Of a stretch of 64,000 nt of DNA, positions 1 to 11,718 are shown one piece after another (position 1 is the stretch's first letter; each line of letters opens with the position of its first letter). The stretch comes from Bigelowiella natans CCMP2755 (lineage: Eukaryota; Protista; Cercozoa). The translations under genes and the position numbers were made by a program. The notes under the pieces were generated by a model. The model searched no databases, was not told the DNA's origin, and saw only the letters and a list, made by a program, of their open reading frames with translations. The DNA is taken from assembly GCA_000320545.1 (NCBI GenBank), contig ADNK01000870.1, positions 1 through 64,000 of the forward strand. Reading direction: 5' to 3'.

Positions 1-3000
1 TCGATCTCAGATTTACCTTGGCCCTAACATACTGTCCTTCCTTTAGAACTCGGCCATCGTACGGGACCTTCTCGTCTTCGCTCTCGGTATCGTCGTCGTT
101 GTCGTCGCCTTCTTCCCTCTCCTTATCCTTGATACCTCCCCCAGACGTGAAGGTGTCGTTTACTAACCCTTGTATCTTGTCTGGTGTGGTGCTATTTATC
201 CTGCTTAGGTTGGCCAAGGTGCGGTGGAGTCGCTCTACCTTGGAGTTGGACTGGGCATAGTATACAGGTGAGGCATCAATATTAGGGTGTGGTAGCTGTA
301 GAAGAGAGGTCTCATTATCCACATGTAACTTCTTTGGTATCTTGTTTATGCTAACTTCATCAGGGATAGCCTGGAGCTCAGACTCCCAGGTACGGTAGCA
401 GTTAGTAAGCCTCTGCTTATATAAGCCTTTGTTCTTCTTAGCAACGTTGACCTTGATAATCTTTTTAACCCAGCACTTTCCAGTGGCCACATCAACGAAG
501 GTAAGGTAGTGATAGCCATCGTACTTATAAACATCAATTTGCACGATATCTAAGAAGTTCCTTGCTTTGATTTTCTTAGATGCACGGCTCTTGCTGGACT
601 CCTTGGTGGCGACGCCTGCCGCCTTCAAGCTGGAGCACCTGCAGCCACGCAGGTATGTCCTTATCTCTTTTAGCTTGTAGGGCCAGTAGTAATGGTAGAG
701 TAGAGCAGTGATATGGTTTTCTCCTACGTGTGCAGGTCCATGGGCGGTAAAGAGAAGGGCTCCCCTGGTCCGCCGTGGCACGTAGGTACGCCTAACATTA
801 TTAGTGTATACATATATCCTATCACTAAGTACCTCATGCTTGTGTTTGTATTTATCCAGGTGTTCTTGAAGGTGCTGGAGCTCCTCTGGCTCAGGCAGGA
901 AGTCGCCGTCCTCGAAGGTAATCGCGTTAACCATAGGGGTGACCTGGGTAGGGACTTTCTTTTCGAACAGCCTGCTGAAATAGTCAGCAAGCTGCTTGTC
1001 TCCTGGTGCGTAGACCACTGTCCTCTTGTCCCTAAACTCTTCCGTGTCCGCCCTCATAGCTGCATACTCATCGTTAGGCGCTTCGAGCTTGCGGTCGATG
1101 CCTAGGAGGGGCTTGTGGTCAGTCATTAAGGTGAAGCTGGGCACCGACAGCAGGTAGTATCTTAGTTTCCTCTGCGCCTCAGTCATGGCTTTATACTCTC
1201 CTTTTGTAGGGCTGTACTTGGCCTCAGCTGCTGTGCAGGCCCTGCCCCACACCCGTATGATCTGCTGGTCTTGGGTAAGTACAGCAGCCATACCTAGCTT
1301 AGACCAGTCTGTCCATAGGGTAGCTGGTCTAGTAGTGTCTAGCTTAGCATTCAATAGGGTGTTGCTGCATAACTTTATTAGGTTATCGAAGTGGGCATCA
1401 AGGCCAGCCTTGGCCCACACCTTAGCGAAGCTGAGGCCTACAGAGTTCTCCTTCCGGTAAGCAGTAGTAAAAGCAGCTGCAGTCCTAGCGTAGGTAGGGG
1501 AGAACCTACGTAGTATCCAAGCTGCAGTCTGCAAGAATGACTTTAACTCCTTTGCATTCTTAGGTTTAGGGGCTTGCTGTAGTGCTGCTACTTTCTCGGG
1601 GTTTGGGGTGATGCGGCCTTGCTCCAGGTAATATCCACACCACTTGATTCTTGTAGCTAGGAATGTACACTTCTGCAGTCTAATAGTAAAACCGAAGTGT
1701 GCAAACCTAATAAATATATTTTCCAGGAGGAAGATCTGAGCGACGACTGTGTTGGTACATATTATGTCATCATCCACATACACAAACACAAACACCCACA
1801 ACACAGACGCCATCCCATCATGTGTGTATGCCCTGTAGTTCTGACTACTGAACGCATCCCCTGATATGCTTAGGCCGTAAGGGAATACGACGAAGTGCCA
1901 CTTCCTGTGCCTGCTGGAGAACGCGGTAATGGGGCGGGAGGTTTTGTGGATGGGTGTCTGCATGTATGATTCATTTTTATCTAGGGAAGAGTAGTATTTG
2001 TATCCTATGACGTGTTCAATAACGTCATCTATCCTTGGTGTAGGTGTCTGGATCCTCTTTATTACTCGGTTGTGGCGGATGAAGTTGTGCGCCAGGCGGA
2101 AGAAAGGGTAAGTAGGTTTCTTAGCTAGCACATGTCTCACGTTCCATGGTGAGTTGCTTGGCTCTATCTTCCCTTCCTTTGCCCATTCATTGATCTGCCA
2201 CTCTATCTTTTCCCAGTCCGCTTCCGGTCGCCTATGTTCTGGGTCATTGATGATGCACTCTTCGTATCCCTTCTTTAGCTCGATCTTTACTGGGGTAAGC
2301 TTGCTGGAGGGCTTCGTCGTCGGCTTGGTGATGTCAGAGTACTTCTCGTTTAATATTTTATTAATGTACTTTTTGCCTTTGTCGATATCCCAATCATCAG
2401 CTGGGGGGGTCTTGTCCAGTAGCTCCGTTATCTGTCGGATGGTCTTGCCGGGGTTCTTCTTCCGTAGCTCGGTAGGTGTAGGTAGCTTGTTGTCCGCTAG
2501 GTCCATAAACTCTAACGCATTAACGCTTGACTCAGAGGTCCACTCGTCAAGCCGTATCATGTTCTGGCTGATGGTCCTGCCTGACTTCTTTGGCAACTTA
2601 GCAAAGTATATCTTGTGATTGTAGAATGATATGATCCCCCCTAATTTTTCTAGGGCATCCTGTCCGAGGAGTAGTTCCATGGATAAAGTCATGGCTACTC
2701 GGGTCTTGATTTGGGTCTCCGCGTCGCTGCCAGGTATCTGTAGCTTTAGCATTAGCTCACCGACGGTCTTCATGGAAGAGCTTCCGTCTGCTTGAGCATA
2801 TTTACGTTCTTTCTTAGTCACTTGATCCAATAGTCCTAACCTTCTTACTGTGCTTAGGCTTATGAAGGACTTCGGCATGCTGCCACTATCCCAAAGGGCA
2901 GGTAGTTTCTTGTAGTCTCCGTAGCTGTCTTTAACTTTAACCTTGGTCATAGCAACTTTGATAGTCCTGTTAGCGTCTTCGTCATTAATGTTGCATACTC

Positions 3001-4444
3001 CTAAGTTCTTTATGTCGTCTAGGGTCATGGGCTTGTCTTGGTCCTGCGTTGCTGGTACTGCTGTCTTCGTCGGCGCCTGCTTAAGGTGATCTAATATTCC
3101 GTTTATCTGCTGCTGTATAGCATTGATACTGTTCTGCTTTTTGTTCTTATATTTATTGTTCTTCCCGTTGTTGCTGCCTTGCCATTTGCTGTTGTTATAT
3201 CCTTGTCCTCTGCCTTTCTTTCTCTTTAACTTCTCGTAGTGTTCGTTGAGCTGCCTGATCGTCATCCTGGGTCGTCCTTCTTTCCTGTCTCTGCAGTCTT
3301 TAGCGGTGTGTTTCCCTTTACGTGAGCAGTATCCGCAACGTCGGTTACCTTCCCTGTCCTTGTACCAGTCTCGCTGCGGCTTAATAGCGTTAATGTTTCC
3401 TATGCCAGGTACCTTAGGGCTGGTAAACTTGCGGTCCTGCTCCTGCTCGCGTAGGGATATAGCCTGCACTGCTGCCTCCATCGTGGTGTAGCCTTTCTCC
3501 GTAACGTAAGTGGATTCCTTTATCTTTAACTTGAACTCTTCAAACCTTGCCTGATCATCACCTGTGTTGTAATTAAAATCATGTAGTTCGTCGATCATAT
3601 CCTGGAAGCGCGTGGCAAAGTCTCTAACAGGTTCTCTCTCATGCTGCATCATTGCTCTGTATTTTCTAATAGCCTGGGGTAGGGAGTTAGCATCCTGTTC
3701 ATTTACAAAAGCCTTCATTATCGCCTCAACGTCTCGTAGCCCACTAACTGTAGTGTGTATTTTCTCTAGCTGCCTGATCCGGGTCCTGCCTGTCTCGTAA
3801 AGGTCCATGGCTTGCTTTATTATAGCTAGCCATTTGAGCTTGTCGTTTTCGGTGGGGTTAGGGGTAAAGTCGCAGAGTATACTCCTAGCGTTCTTCCACC
3901 ACCTCCTTGCCTCACCTCTTTTCCCGTTGTATTTCGTTATCATAACCGGTGCTGTTTTAACAGACATGAACTGGGTGTTCCGCTGTACCGGCTGCTGCTG
4001 CTTGACGGTGCTCTGGGTCGTCCCCCGCGAGGCGCCCAGACCCCCGTCGTTCCTAAACAAAGCTGCCCACTCTGGAGGTAAGTCTGCTTCGTAATCCATG
4101 ATGTCCTGCATGATAGCTGCCCAAACATCATGTGTCTGATACTTGTATTCTATCGATACTTTCAGTTTGGCGTAGTTGCTCGCCCTGGGTCGCAAGGCTC
4201 GTAATGCCATTACGACCTTCTTGCTTTCGGCGGCCACGTCCTCGTCGTCCGCCTCGTAGAAGTTCTCCAGTGCCTCTGCTGCTGCATCTGCTTTCTTAAT
4301 CCCGGGTGCTGGTCCCGGCGGTGCCTGTGGAGGTGTTCCTCCTCCTTCCTTAGCGTCCGTATCGCCCTTCCTTTCCTGTTTCTGCTCGTGCCCTTGCACG
4401 GCCTGCGAGCCAAAGTCCTGCTGTTCTTCTAGCTGCTGTGACAT
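1..4444 (-). CDS. Gag-Pol polyprotein (single ORF, about 1480 aa in window, 3'-partial)
   Basis: Hand translation from ATG 4444 (MSQQLEEQQD) found no stop to position 1. Motifs: CGYCSRKGKHTAKDC zinc knuckle (~3292-3337), protease LWDSGS (~2890), RT FVYVDD (Y codon at 1780, same frame as the ATG), RNase H TDWS...TDHKPL, integrase HGPAH...CRC, VQIDV, HVDNE, NSKVERLH. Absent from the ORF track, probably because its stop is outside the window. Confidence 0.93.
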   Translation of the reverse strand, partial: MSQQLEEQQDFGSQAVQGHEQKQERKGDTDAKEGGGTPPQAPPGPAPGIKKADAAAEALENFYEADDEDVAAESKKVVMALRALRPRASNYAKLKVSIEYKYQTHDVWAAIMQDIMDYEADLPPEWAALFRNDGGLGASRGTTQSTVKQQQPVQRNTQFMSVKTAPVMITKYNGKRGEARRWWKNARSILCDFTPNPTENDKLKWLAIIKQAMDLYETGRTRIRQLEKIHTTVSGLRDVEAIMKAFVNEQDANSLPQAIRKYRAMMQHEREPVRDFATRFQDMIDELHDFNYNTGDDQARFEEFKLKIKESTYVTEKGYTTMEAAVQAISLREQEQDRKFTSPKVPGIGNINAIKPQRDWYKDREGNRRCGYCSRKGKHTAKDCRDRKEGRPRMTIRQLNEHYEKLKRKKGRGQGYNNSKWQGSNNGKNNKYKNKKQNSINAIQQQINGILDHLKQAPTKTAVPATQDQDKPMTLDDIKNLGVCNINDEDANRTIKVAMTKVKVKDSYGDYKKLPALWDSGSMPKSFISLSTVRRLGLLDQVTKKERKYAQADGSSSMKTVGELMLKLQIPGSDAETQIKTRVAMTLSMELLLGQDALEKLGGIISFYNHKIYFAKLPKKSGRTISQNMIRLDEWTSESSVNALEFMDLADNKLPTPTELRKKNPGKTIRQITELLDKTPPADDWDIDKGKKYINKILNEKYSDITKPTTKPSSKLTPVKIELKKGYEECIINDPEHRRPEADWEKIEWQINEWAKEGKIEPSNSPWNVRHVLAKKPTYPFFRLAHNFIRHNRVIKRIQTPTPRIDDVIEHVIGYKYYSSLDKNESYMQTPIHKTSRPITAFSSRHRKWHFVVFPYGLSISGDAFSSQNYRAYTHDGMASVLWVFVFVYVDDDIICTNTVVAQIFLLENIFIRFAHFGFTIRLQKCTFLATRIKWCGYYLEQGRITPNPEKVAALQQAPKPKNAKELKSFLQTAAWILRRFSPTYARTAAAFTTAYRKENSVGLSFAKVWAKAGLDAHFDNLIKLCSNTLLNAKLDTTRPATLWTDWSKLGMAAVLTQDQQIIRVWGRACTAAEAKYSPTKGEYKAMTEAQRKLRYYLLSVPSFTLMTDHKPLLGIDRKLEAPNDEYAAMRADTEEFRDKRTVVYAPGDKQLADYFSRLFEKKVPTQVTPMVNAITFEDGDFLPEPEELQHLQEHLDKYKHKHEVLSDRIYVYTNNVRRTYVPRRTRGALLFTAHGPAHVGENHITALLYHYYWPYKLKEIRTYLRGCRCSSLKAAGVATKESSKSRASKKIKARNFLDIVQIDVYKYDGYHYLTFVDVATGKCWVKKIIKVNVAKKNKGLYKQRLTNCYRTWESELQAIPDEVSINKIPKKLHVDNETSLLQLPHPNIDASPVYYAQSNSKVERLHRTLANLSRINSTTPDKIQGLVNDTFTSGGGIKDKEREEGDDNDDDTESEDEKVPYDGRVLKEGQYVRAKVNLRS

Positions 4445-4458
4445 TGTTAGTCAAATCG

Positions 4459-4478
4459 TTTCCCGTGTGTGGAAGCCA
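4459..4478 (-). promoter_or_regulatory. Primer-binding site, complementary to a tRNA 3' end (Glu-like, tentative)
   Basis: Minus strand TGGCTTCCACACACGGGAAA begins 5 nt after the LTR. The plus strand reads TTCCCGTGTGTGGAAGCCA, resembling a tRNA T-stem/acceptor stem ending in CCA. Confidence 0.65.
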
Positions 4479-4483
4479 AAGGT

Positions 4484-4809
4484 TGTTGCGCGTAAGGTGT
4501 TCACAGGCCGAGGCGCTACGTGCACAAGTAGGCAGGGGGGGGGAAAGGCACGTTTGCTTCCTTTTGAAGAGTTGTGTTTATTTTTATTAAAGATTATATT
4601 TTTATTAAATCGTGCACTGCGTAATCATTCGCGAAGCTTTCGCGAATGCCGCCGCACGTGGGGCAGCACACTTCCGGTGTGCTGCCATGAGTCCCGCCGG
4701 AACCCACGTGCCTATGCTGTATTAATATCTACGTTATCTATATTCTATATCCGCGACAACCCCTTTGTTGTCGCACGTGACTTGTGCCCGCGTAGTGGTA
4801 CGCGCTACA
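4484..4809 (-). repeat. 5' LTR (about 326 bp)
   Basis: Terminal inverted repeats TGTAGCGCGTA (minus strand, from 4809) and TGTTGCGCGTA (plus strand 4484-4494), 10/11 match with TG...CA ends. AATAAA signals on the minus strand near 4580-4605. Base composition changes abruptly at 4810. Confidence 0.75.
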
Positions 4810-5302
4810 AAAACCGACCCAACTGGTGCTCCAAACCGAATGGATGAACGAAGAAACAAGTGAAGTGGTCACGATGAAACGATCATGAAGGAAGTGCCAA
4901 CTCTAGCAACTCATCTGCTCCCTTCTCAATCAGCAAGATCAGCAGGCAGCGAAAATTTGAATGACGTCAGTTGAACGAGCGAAAGAATGAAAGAATCAAT
5001 TGAATGAATGAATTTGATGATGACCACATTTCCAAAACATTTCATGATGTTTGCAAAGTACGAAACGCAGTGCCTCGAGCTAAATCTAGCGAGGTCTGGT
5101 TTTGGGCATGACGCCATGACAATGCTGCAACATTCGTTGAAAGTTGAACAGAAATTGTTTCTGCCACTGTGATTATTCCCTTCCTGTTGGTTGTCAAGAT
5201 GCGAAAAAAAGTCTTGACGCAAGGTCCAAATGCATGCGATTTTTCCTGATTAAATGATCTTTTGTCCCTAATCAAGAATTGCTTCGTCTTCCGCTGAGAG
5301 AT

Positions 5303-6328
5303 ATGGGGACGGACCCGAGGTGGATTATCGCTGGGTCCATAGCGATGGTGGTTGTGGTGGGGCTCTTGCTGGCATCTGTTTTGTCGCTTTGGAAGGGCTC
5401 ACACGAAAGTGAAAGGAGAAGGCTGCACTATCTCACAGTGACCACTCTAATCATGACGGTCATCTTCCTTGCAGGCTTCCATGGTGCCACAGGCTACGGA
5501 TGGAAAGCCTTTGTCGTCATAAGCAATCTCACTGTGACTTTATTGGCCGAGACTGGGTTGTACATAAGTTACGTGTTTGCCTCCGCCCAGTATGCATCCT
5601 ATCACCAAGGCAACCATTTACCATCGTGGTTTGCGCCTTCATTTCAAGTAGTTGGGGTACTTTGTGCCTTGAGTCAGATCCTTGGAGTAAGCCTGGTGCT
5701 AGCAACAAACGATTATACATACGTCCTATTATTACATATTCCCATCTCAATAGTATTAATGTTTGCAAGCGGCGTTTCTGCCGTTGCTGTGTGGAGGCTT
5801 AAGAAGATGCTCGCTAGGCTCAATACTCTGGCATATGATTCACTGGAACCGATCGGCTCAGACCGGATCCAGACAACCTTGACGAGGGTACTTTTTGTGC
5901 TGACCCCTATTTCGATGCTTGGGCTGGCCTCAGTTATCGTACTTTCGCTGCGAGCTGTCCAGATAAAAAAATCCTACTCAAGTATGCTTAGAGCTGCCAA
6001 TTCCCACTTTACTATCGAAGACAGTATCATCAGCGACTGGAGTATAGTGGCTTTAGAATTTTTCTACGTATTTTACATTACGTCGAATAGCGGCGCCTGC
6101 GAAGCATTCCTAAATTCTAGCCCCATTTCTGGATTATTTCCAGTTGATAGTACAGCTCAAAGCCGTCAGGGTTCTATGCATGATAACATCTCTGAAGAAA
6201 ATAATAGCCCAGGATTGTATAGAGACACCGTCAGAAGTGATAGGGGTGTGATATCTTATGGGATCGGCGACGACAGAAACGAGAGGGAAATGAGATTAAG
6301 TTTCCCCGATGATATAGACGAAGGATAA
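5303..6328 (+). CDS. Intronless seven-transmembrane (GPCR-like) membrane protein
   Basis: ORF from ATG 5303 (MGTDPRW) with about 7 hydrophobic segments and a polar Ser/Asp-rich C-terminal tail. Confidence 0.7.
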   Translation: MGTDPRWIIAGSIAMVVVVGLLLASVLSLWKGSHESERRRLHYLTVTTLIMTVIFLAGFHGATGYGWKAFVVISNLTVTLLAETGLYISYVFASAQYASYHQGNHLPSWFAPSFQVVGVLCALSQILGVSLVLATNDYTYVLLLHIPISIVLMFASGVSAVAVWRLKKMLARLNTLAYDSLEPIGSDRIQTTLTRVLFVLTPISMLGLASVIVLSLRAVQIKKSYSSMLRAANSHFTIEDSIISDWSIVALEFFYVFYITSNSGACEAFLNSSPISGLFPVDSTAQSRQGSMHDNISEENNSPGLYRDTVRSDRGVISYGIGDDRNEREMRLSFPDDIDEG

Positions 6329-7033
6329 CTTTAAAAAAAAATGAAAGAATCAATGTAAAAAACCACATCTACTACCCACTTCCGAGCCAAGGTGTTACAG
6401 TTTGATATTATAAGGAAGAATTGAATGTGTGATGTTTGTTTAATTTGGAAGATCTTTAATTTCGACGGCCATGAGTCACTTTGTATTTACTAGTTTACTA
6501 TGCTCTTCGATCACATGACAATGCTTCGATGTGAGATGGATGTAATGAAGTGATTAAATCTTTTCAATAGTCATCCTAATGTAGCTATGCAGAGCAGCGG
6601 CTACAGCGCTTAGGTTGTGTCTATTTGTGTATTTTGATACAGCAGGCAATTCTAAAATTGCTTATCACATTCGTCGGTCTTTGTCACAAACACCCATGCA
6701 TGCATGCAATCTGCTCTATCTGCGCCGCGCATATACAGCGCATGCTGTAATGTTATATACAGGTAGGCAGTCATATTATGCATGGGATGCTGCACTCTGC
6801 AATACGTGGACGCGTATCAATGCACACTGTACTACCGGTAGCTATAGCGATATCGATGAGCAAATGCCGATGACACACTCGATTTCCACATTCCCATGTA
6901 TTTCTGTATATACGCACGCAGCTACAAATATGCAAAAGTACGTAAAGCACTTATTTAAATCCATATAAATTGAACATATTCCATGCAACAATGCATGTGT
7001 TCAAGTACCTGAGAACGGTTCTAACAGATATAT

Positions 7034-7861
7034 TTAACTTTGTATTTTCTCACTTTGTATTTTCTCAGGGTCTATTATGTTTTGGCAGTGTGCGAACTCC
7101 TCAAAATAGGCCTGTAAGAATAGCGAGATGTCATTGGTAAGTTGTGACTCGACATATATACTGCTATGTTTTACATATTTTGGAATCGTTAGTACCTTCG
7201 ATCCGTCTCCACACGAACCAGAGCAAGTATAGCAAGCAATTATACCCTATTTTTATTTTAACAATATTAGAACTCCAATAAGTGATGCCATTCAAACACC
7301 ACAAATGTAATAACTATTATTTTAGTAGGTACGTACAAGGTATCATTGAAACTACCCAATCGAGAGAATCCTTCTCAAAATGATCAATATTGAGATAATT
7401 GAGAAGTTGTGGCATGATCTAAGGGTGGCACAACCAACAAAGAAGGATAACGTATATAAGCGTTCAAATAGATAGTAAAAGGAGAAGGTGAAGAAGGAAC
7501 TAAATCGTTGATACATTATAATTTTCAGAGTTTAACTAAAATGAACAACTCAGCCTCTTGATAATGACAACAAACAAAGCAGCTACGATATCGAGAACAT
7601 CTAGGAGCCAGGACTAATTGAATAACTCCACTTTTTCTTCTGTCTTCTTCTGTCTTCTCTTCTGGTTCTTCTGTCTTCTTCTTTTTTCTTCATTGTGTTC
7701 CCTATCGATTTCTTCTTCCTTTACGTACTACCTGAAATTCAAATTCTCTCTGTCCTCCACAGTACTTGCATTTGGGGACATTTTCTAGGTCGATTTGGTT
7801 TTTAGGAGAAATCCACAGAGGTTGTTGTTGTTGTTGCCTCTTTGTCTTTGGGGGTGGTGAA

Positions 7862-7892
<31 letters not shown>

Positions 7893-8893
7893 TTGATGAT
7901 GGTTGCGGAGCTTCTGATATTATTCCTTCTGCTCCTCCTCCTCCTCCTGCTGCTTCTGGTTGAGTAGAAACATTCTTCTTTGGTGGTAACGACGACTTAC
8001 CAGCCAATCTATTATAGCGAATCACTTGTTCGGGATTTGCTCGCATGAACGCCTGTTTAAGGATGGTGGAACCAATTTTGTACCAAATTTATCAATACAA
8101 ATGTAGAATAAATACGTGCACACGTTACTCACTTACACTCGTCATTCACACATTAAAACGTGTTCATGAGTATGTGGAAAATAAGTTACAAAAGGTTTTG
8201 AGAGAAACAAAGCAATGGCTAACACCTGAAATCGGTCAAACACCAAATCCGGACCTCCGGCACCCGAATTATCATTCTTAGTATCTTCATCTTCGTCATC
8301 ATCATTATCATTAATTTTCTGTTTATCCCCTTTCTTCTTTGCTTCCATCGCCAATTGTCGTGCCTCCAAGCGTACTTGTGCAGCATCTGCACCGGAGAAA
8401 GCTCTGATAAGCCCTGCATCTTCCCGAAAAGCCTGAAGAGAGAGAGAGAGAGAGAGAGAGAGAATCAATCATTTAACAAGAGAAAATAGAGAGTGTTAGC
8501 AGCAGTAAGTAATAGGCATCAACGCGAAAAGCAGGACCTTATCCTCGTTTTCCCTTTCCTTAATGGACAATTTCTTCATTTCCTCATCATATTTCCTCAG
8601 TAACTCCTACAACATTTTTTAGAGTAATGATGATACTAATTCCTCCTGCTGCAAATCTCCATATATTGCCTCTACTACATACCTTTTCCTTAACGAAGTG
8701 GTCGCTTGCATCCTCTTTCTTCTTGTCATTTTTTGGGCTGCTCTTCTTCTCCTTCTTCGCCTCTTCAGCTGCTGCTGTATTGTCCACATCCTTGCATACA
8801 CAAATCAATGCGATGTGACTTTTTGAGATGAGAAATCGGATCATAAGTGTTTCTGAATACCATTCCATTTTAGGGCTATTATTTCCATAATAC

Positions 8894-8925
<32 letters not shown>

Positions 8926-10549
8926 GTAAATCATAAATCACCTCTTGCATTTCTGGTTCTATAACGAGTTCGTACTCAGGAAACACTGCCTTTTTTAGAG
9001 CCAACAATCCCTTACTCTTCTTCTTCAGGCTACTACTTTTATATAGAAGAAAAGAATAAGATGGATCAACACTGGTAATATTTGCGAACAGTCATCTACT
9101 TTATAGACTCCACGACGACACTCACGGACATAATGAATGGCGAAATTTACTTCACTTCAACAAGGATGATTCTGATTGGGCAAATATGCTCCCCCATGCA
9201 AGCCAGCAAATCTGAACATTCCCCCATATGTTTCTTTCAACCTTGTTGTGGTCGTCGTTTTACAAGACTGTTTTTTTTCGGCTGTTGATCCGCATGGAAT
9301 GCACGATAATTTATGTCCTGCTTTCCAATGTGCGGCCTGAACGATGATGACGCGTAGTAATCATTCCTCAAGCAACTAGCTACTTAGCAATATTTACATA
9401 AACGCGTGTTTAGCTTCCGACGTTGATAGTCAGTGAATAAGACCTGGTGCTTCCTCGAGCAGTAATAGACGCTCCGGCATCTTGAACACCTCTGTGAGCT
9501 CAGAACCCCGCATACGTGGCAAAGATGCACTGTAATGTTCGCATAGGAGGTAGGGGCATACCAAAGGAGCAATAGCATTAGTACGTTCAAATGATAGACT
9601 TGTATATTTTTTTTTAAAATTATGATTCGTTTGTTTACCCCCCTCAACGGGATTGAGGCTGTCCGTTTCCACCTCGAAACCGTCGTTTTCGTCGCCGTCT
9701 ATCAGCTCAACAGGGGGCTCCGAAGAGTAGTATTCATTATTTCTCCCCAGCTGCGATCGGAACACACGTATGCTGAACAAAATGAAGGAAGACGTTGAAA
9801 ACTCCAGAGCGTGCTTTGCCAACTCTCTTAATTTACGAGTATTGTATCAGAATTATTCAATGACCTTTTCCCGGTCCGCAAGCAGGAGGCTTTCTTGCAC
9901 GTAAATACAAATATAGTGCGATGGAATGCATCATCCTTGTTCGAACCTTGGGTGCGGGGCGCATATACCTTTTTGATGCGACAAGGAGGAGAAGCACAAA
10001 ATAATGATGACGGTAACGAATACAATGACAACACATATCCGAAGACGACAAGCTAACACCCATAGAACGCTAAACCGATTTGTCAAATTCCTAGATTGAA
10101 CTTAAGAGTATGGATTTTATTGGGACCTGGAGAAGAAATGAGAGAACTTCTTTGCAATTTAAGCATTTGGGTGCCTCAGGGATGTTCCGCAAATTGAGCC
10201 ACGCCTGAAACGAAGACAACAAAAGAAGGCATCGTCTCCTTTTCTTCCCTTCATAGGACGATGCGAAAATTATCTAGAACATGCTTCAATACCGGTTTGC
10301 CCCCGACTTTACTTGGGAAAAACCGTGAAATTAATGGTGGTCCTCCTCCTCCGTTCAGAGGTTCTGCAAACCCTAGTAGCGTCCCTGTTTCTCCTATACG
10401 TATTATTGGGAATGCATTGGCATCTACATCAAGTGTTGACAATTATAAGTAATCAACACAGTCGAAGAACCAGAGGCTAGATTCTCGAAGTCCTCGTCAT
10501 GGTCCTCATAGTCGTCATCGTGGCCGTCTCTTGGACCCCCGTCCGCCAT
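7034..10549 (-). CDS. PDCD2: Programmed cell death protein 2 (PDCD2/Tsr4 family; zf-MYND plus PDCD2_C), multi-exon
   Basis: Exon peptides [20 protein letters not shown]...[27 protein letters not shown] finger CHVCG...[65 protein letters not shown]. Stop TAA at 7034-7036. Confidence 0.92.
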
Positions 10550-11446
10550 TATTCTGGTGTAACAATTATGCGTACGTCAATCAATAAGTGATGTCGTTCA
10601 CTGTAAACCTACGTAAACATTCCATAAAAGCACTCATTTCTCCTCATAATTCGCCGATTTGTAGCATGAAACTTCTTTTTTGTATGTCGCATTTTGCGTT
10701 ATTCCCACTATTTCTATTAGTCGCGATTTGGTTGTACCACGAGCAGATCTAGAAGAAGAGGAAGGGGGAAAAAAAAACATGCCCCGGATATATCCTCTGC
10801 TCTGTTCCCGACAGGGCCTCTAAATCCAGCTAAAATCGCAAGCGTTTTTTATCCTGCGTCTTGTCAAAGACATTGTCGCAATTGTAAAACTTTACACCCG
10901 TCGCCAGGGTTTGGTTTGGTATCTCAACCTTGAGGAATCTTCGGCTACCCGCCTCCCGCCACACTCCTCGCCCTATTGGGGTCATTGGTAAGACTTAGAC
11001 CAACATGATGCAATGTAGATAACTAGGACGATGATTTATTAATGCTTCCGTCGATTTGTTTTTCACCAAATCCATTGGAAATCGGCGTGCCTGTTTTAGC
11101 ATCTTTTAAAAGCATGCTCCAGTCTGCCCTCTTTACTACTTTCCCCCCCTTTTCCATTGTAGCCTCTTCAGAGCCATTTGGATCACAACGATCCCTAACA
11201 CACATTACATTATGCGGGATTTTCCTAGAAAGTGGCCAATGCATGATGTGCGCTGAGGTTGAGGGAATGCATATCTGTGACGTGTGTTTGTCGAAGAAGC
11301 CGCTTATTCTTGAACCCACCCTTTCGCTTAGGCACCTGCGCTGAGGAGGCCTGAGATGCTGAATAAAATTAGAAGGTGGGAATATGTTGTTTGTAATGCG
11401 ATAACGGGTGCAAAAGCAAGCTGAACGACACACAATGAAATAAACG

Positions 11447-11682
11447 TTGCATCTACATAGATGCTTCCTCCATTCCTCGCTTAATTTCTCCGACGAATAC
11501 TTTGCTAGGCCTGATTTGAAGCAGCCCCTTCTTGACGAGGATGATTCTTCATCCAAGCACCTAGAACAAGCTAAGGCAAGGAAAAAAGACGTCAACAAGG
11601 ATTCGAAGACAGGGAGGAAAAAGCTGCCCACTGGTATGGAGAAGAGTTGTGAGGATGAAGAATCATCATATTCTATATGAAT

Positions 11683-11718
<36 letters not shown>

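Larger units (their letters stand above)
1..4809 (-). mobile_element. Ty3/Gypsy LTR retrotransposon; 3' part lies beyond the left edge of the window
   Basis: LTR, PBS and one ORF with domain order Gag(Zn knuckle)-PR-RT-RNaseH-IN, which is diagnostic of Ty3/Gypsy. Confidence 0.95.

Noticed and set aside
1-4444. No long ORF in the supplied track over the retroelement, suggesting decay or stop-codon reassignment
   Set aside because: Hand translation of the minus strand is open from 4444 to position 1. The ORF simply lacks a stop inside the window, and the short plus-strand ORFs here are antisense shadows.
4751-4774. Alternative LTR boundary at 4758 with an apparent polypurine tract
   Set aside because: A better inverted repeat (10/11) and a sharp composition change place the boundary at 4809. 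This motif is an internal hairpin.
11023-11631. 202-aa minus-strand ORF
   Set aside because: It overlaps the flippase 5' region in antisense and has no recognisable motif.
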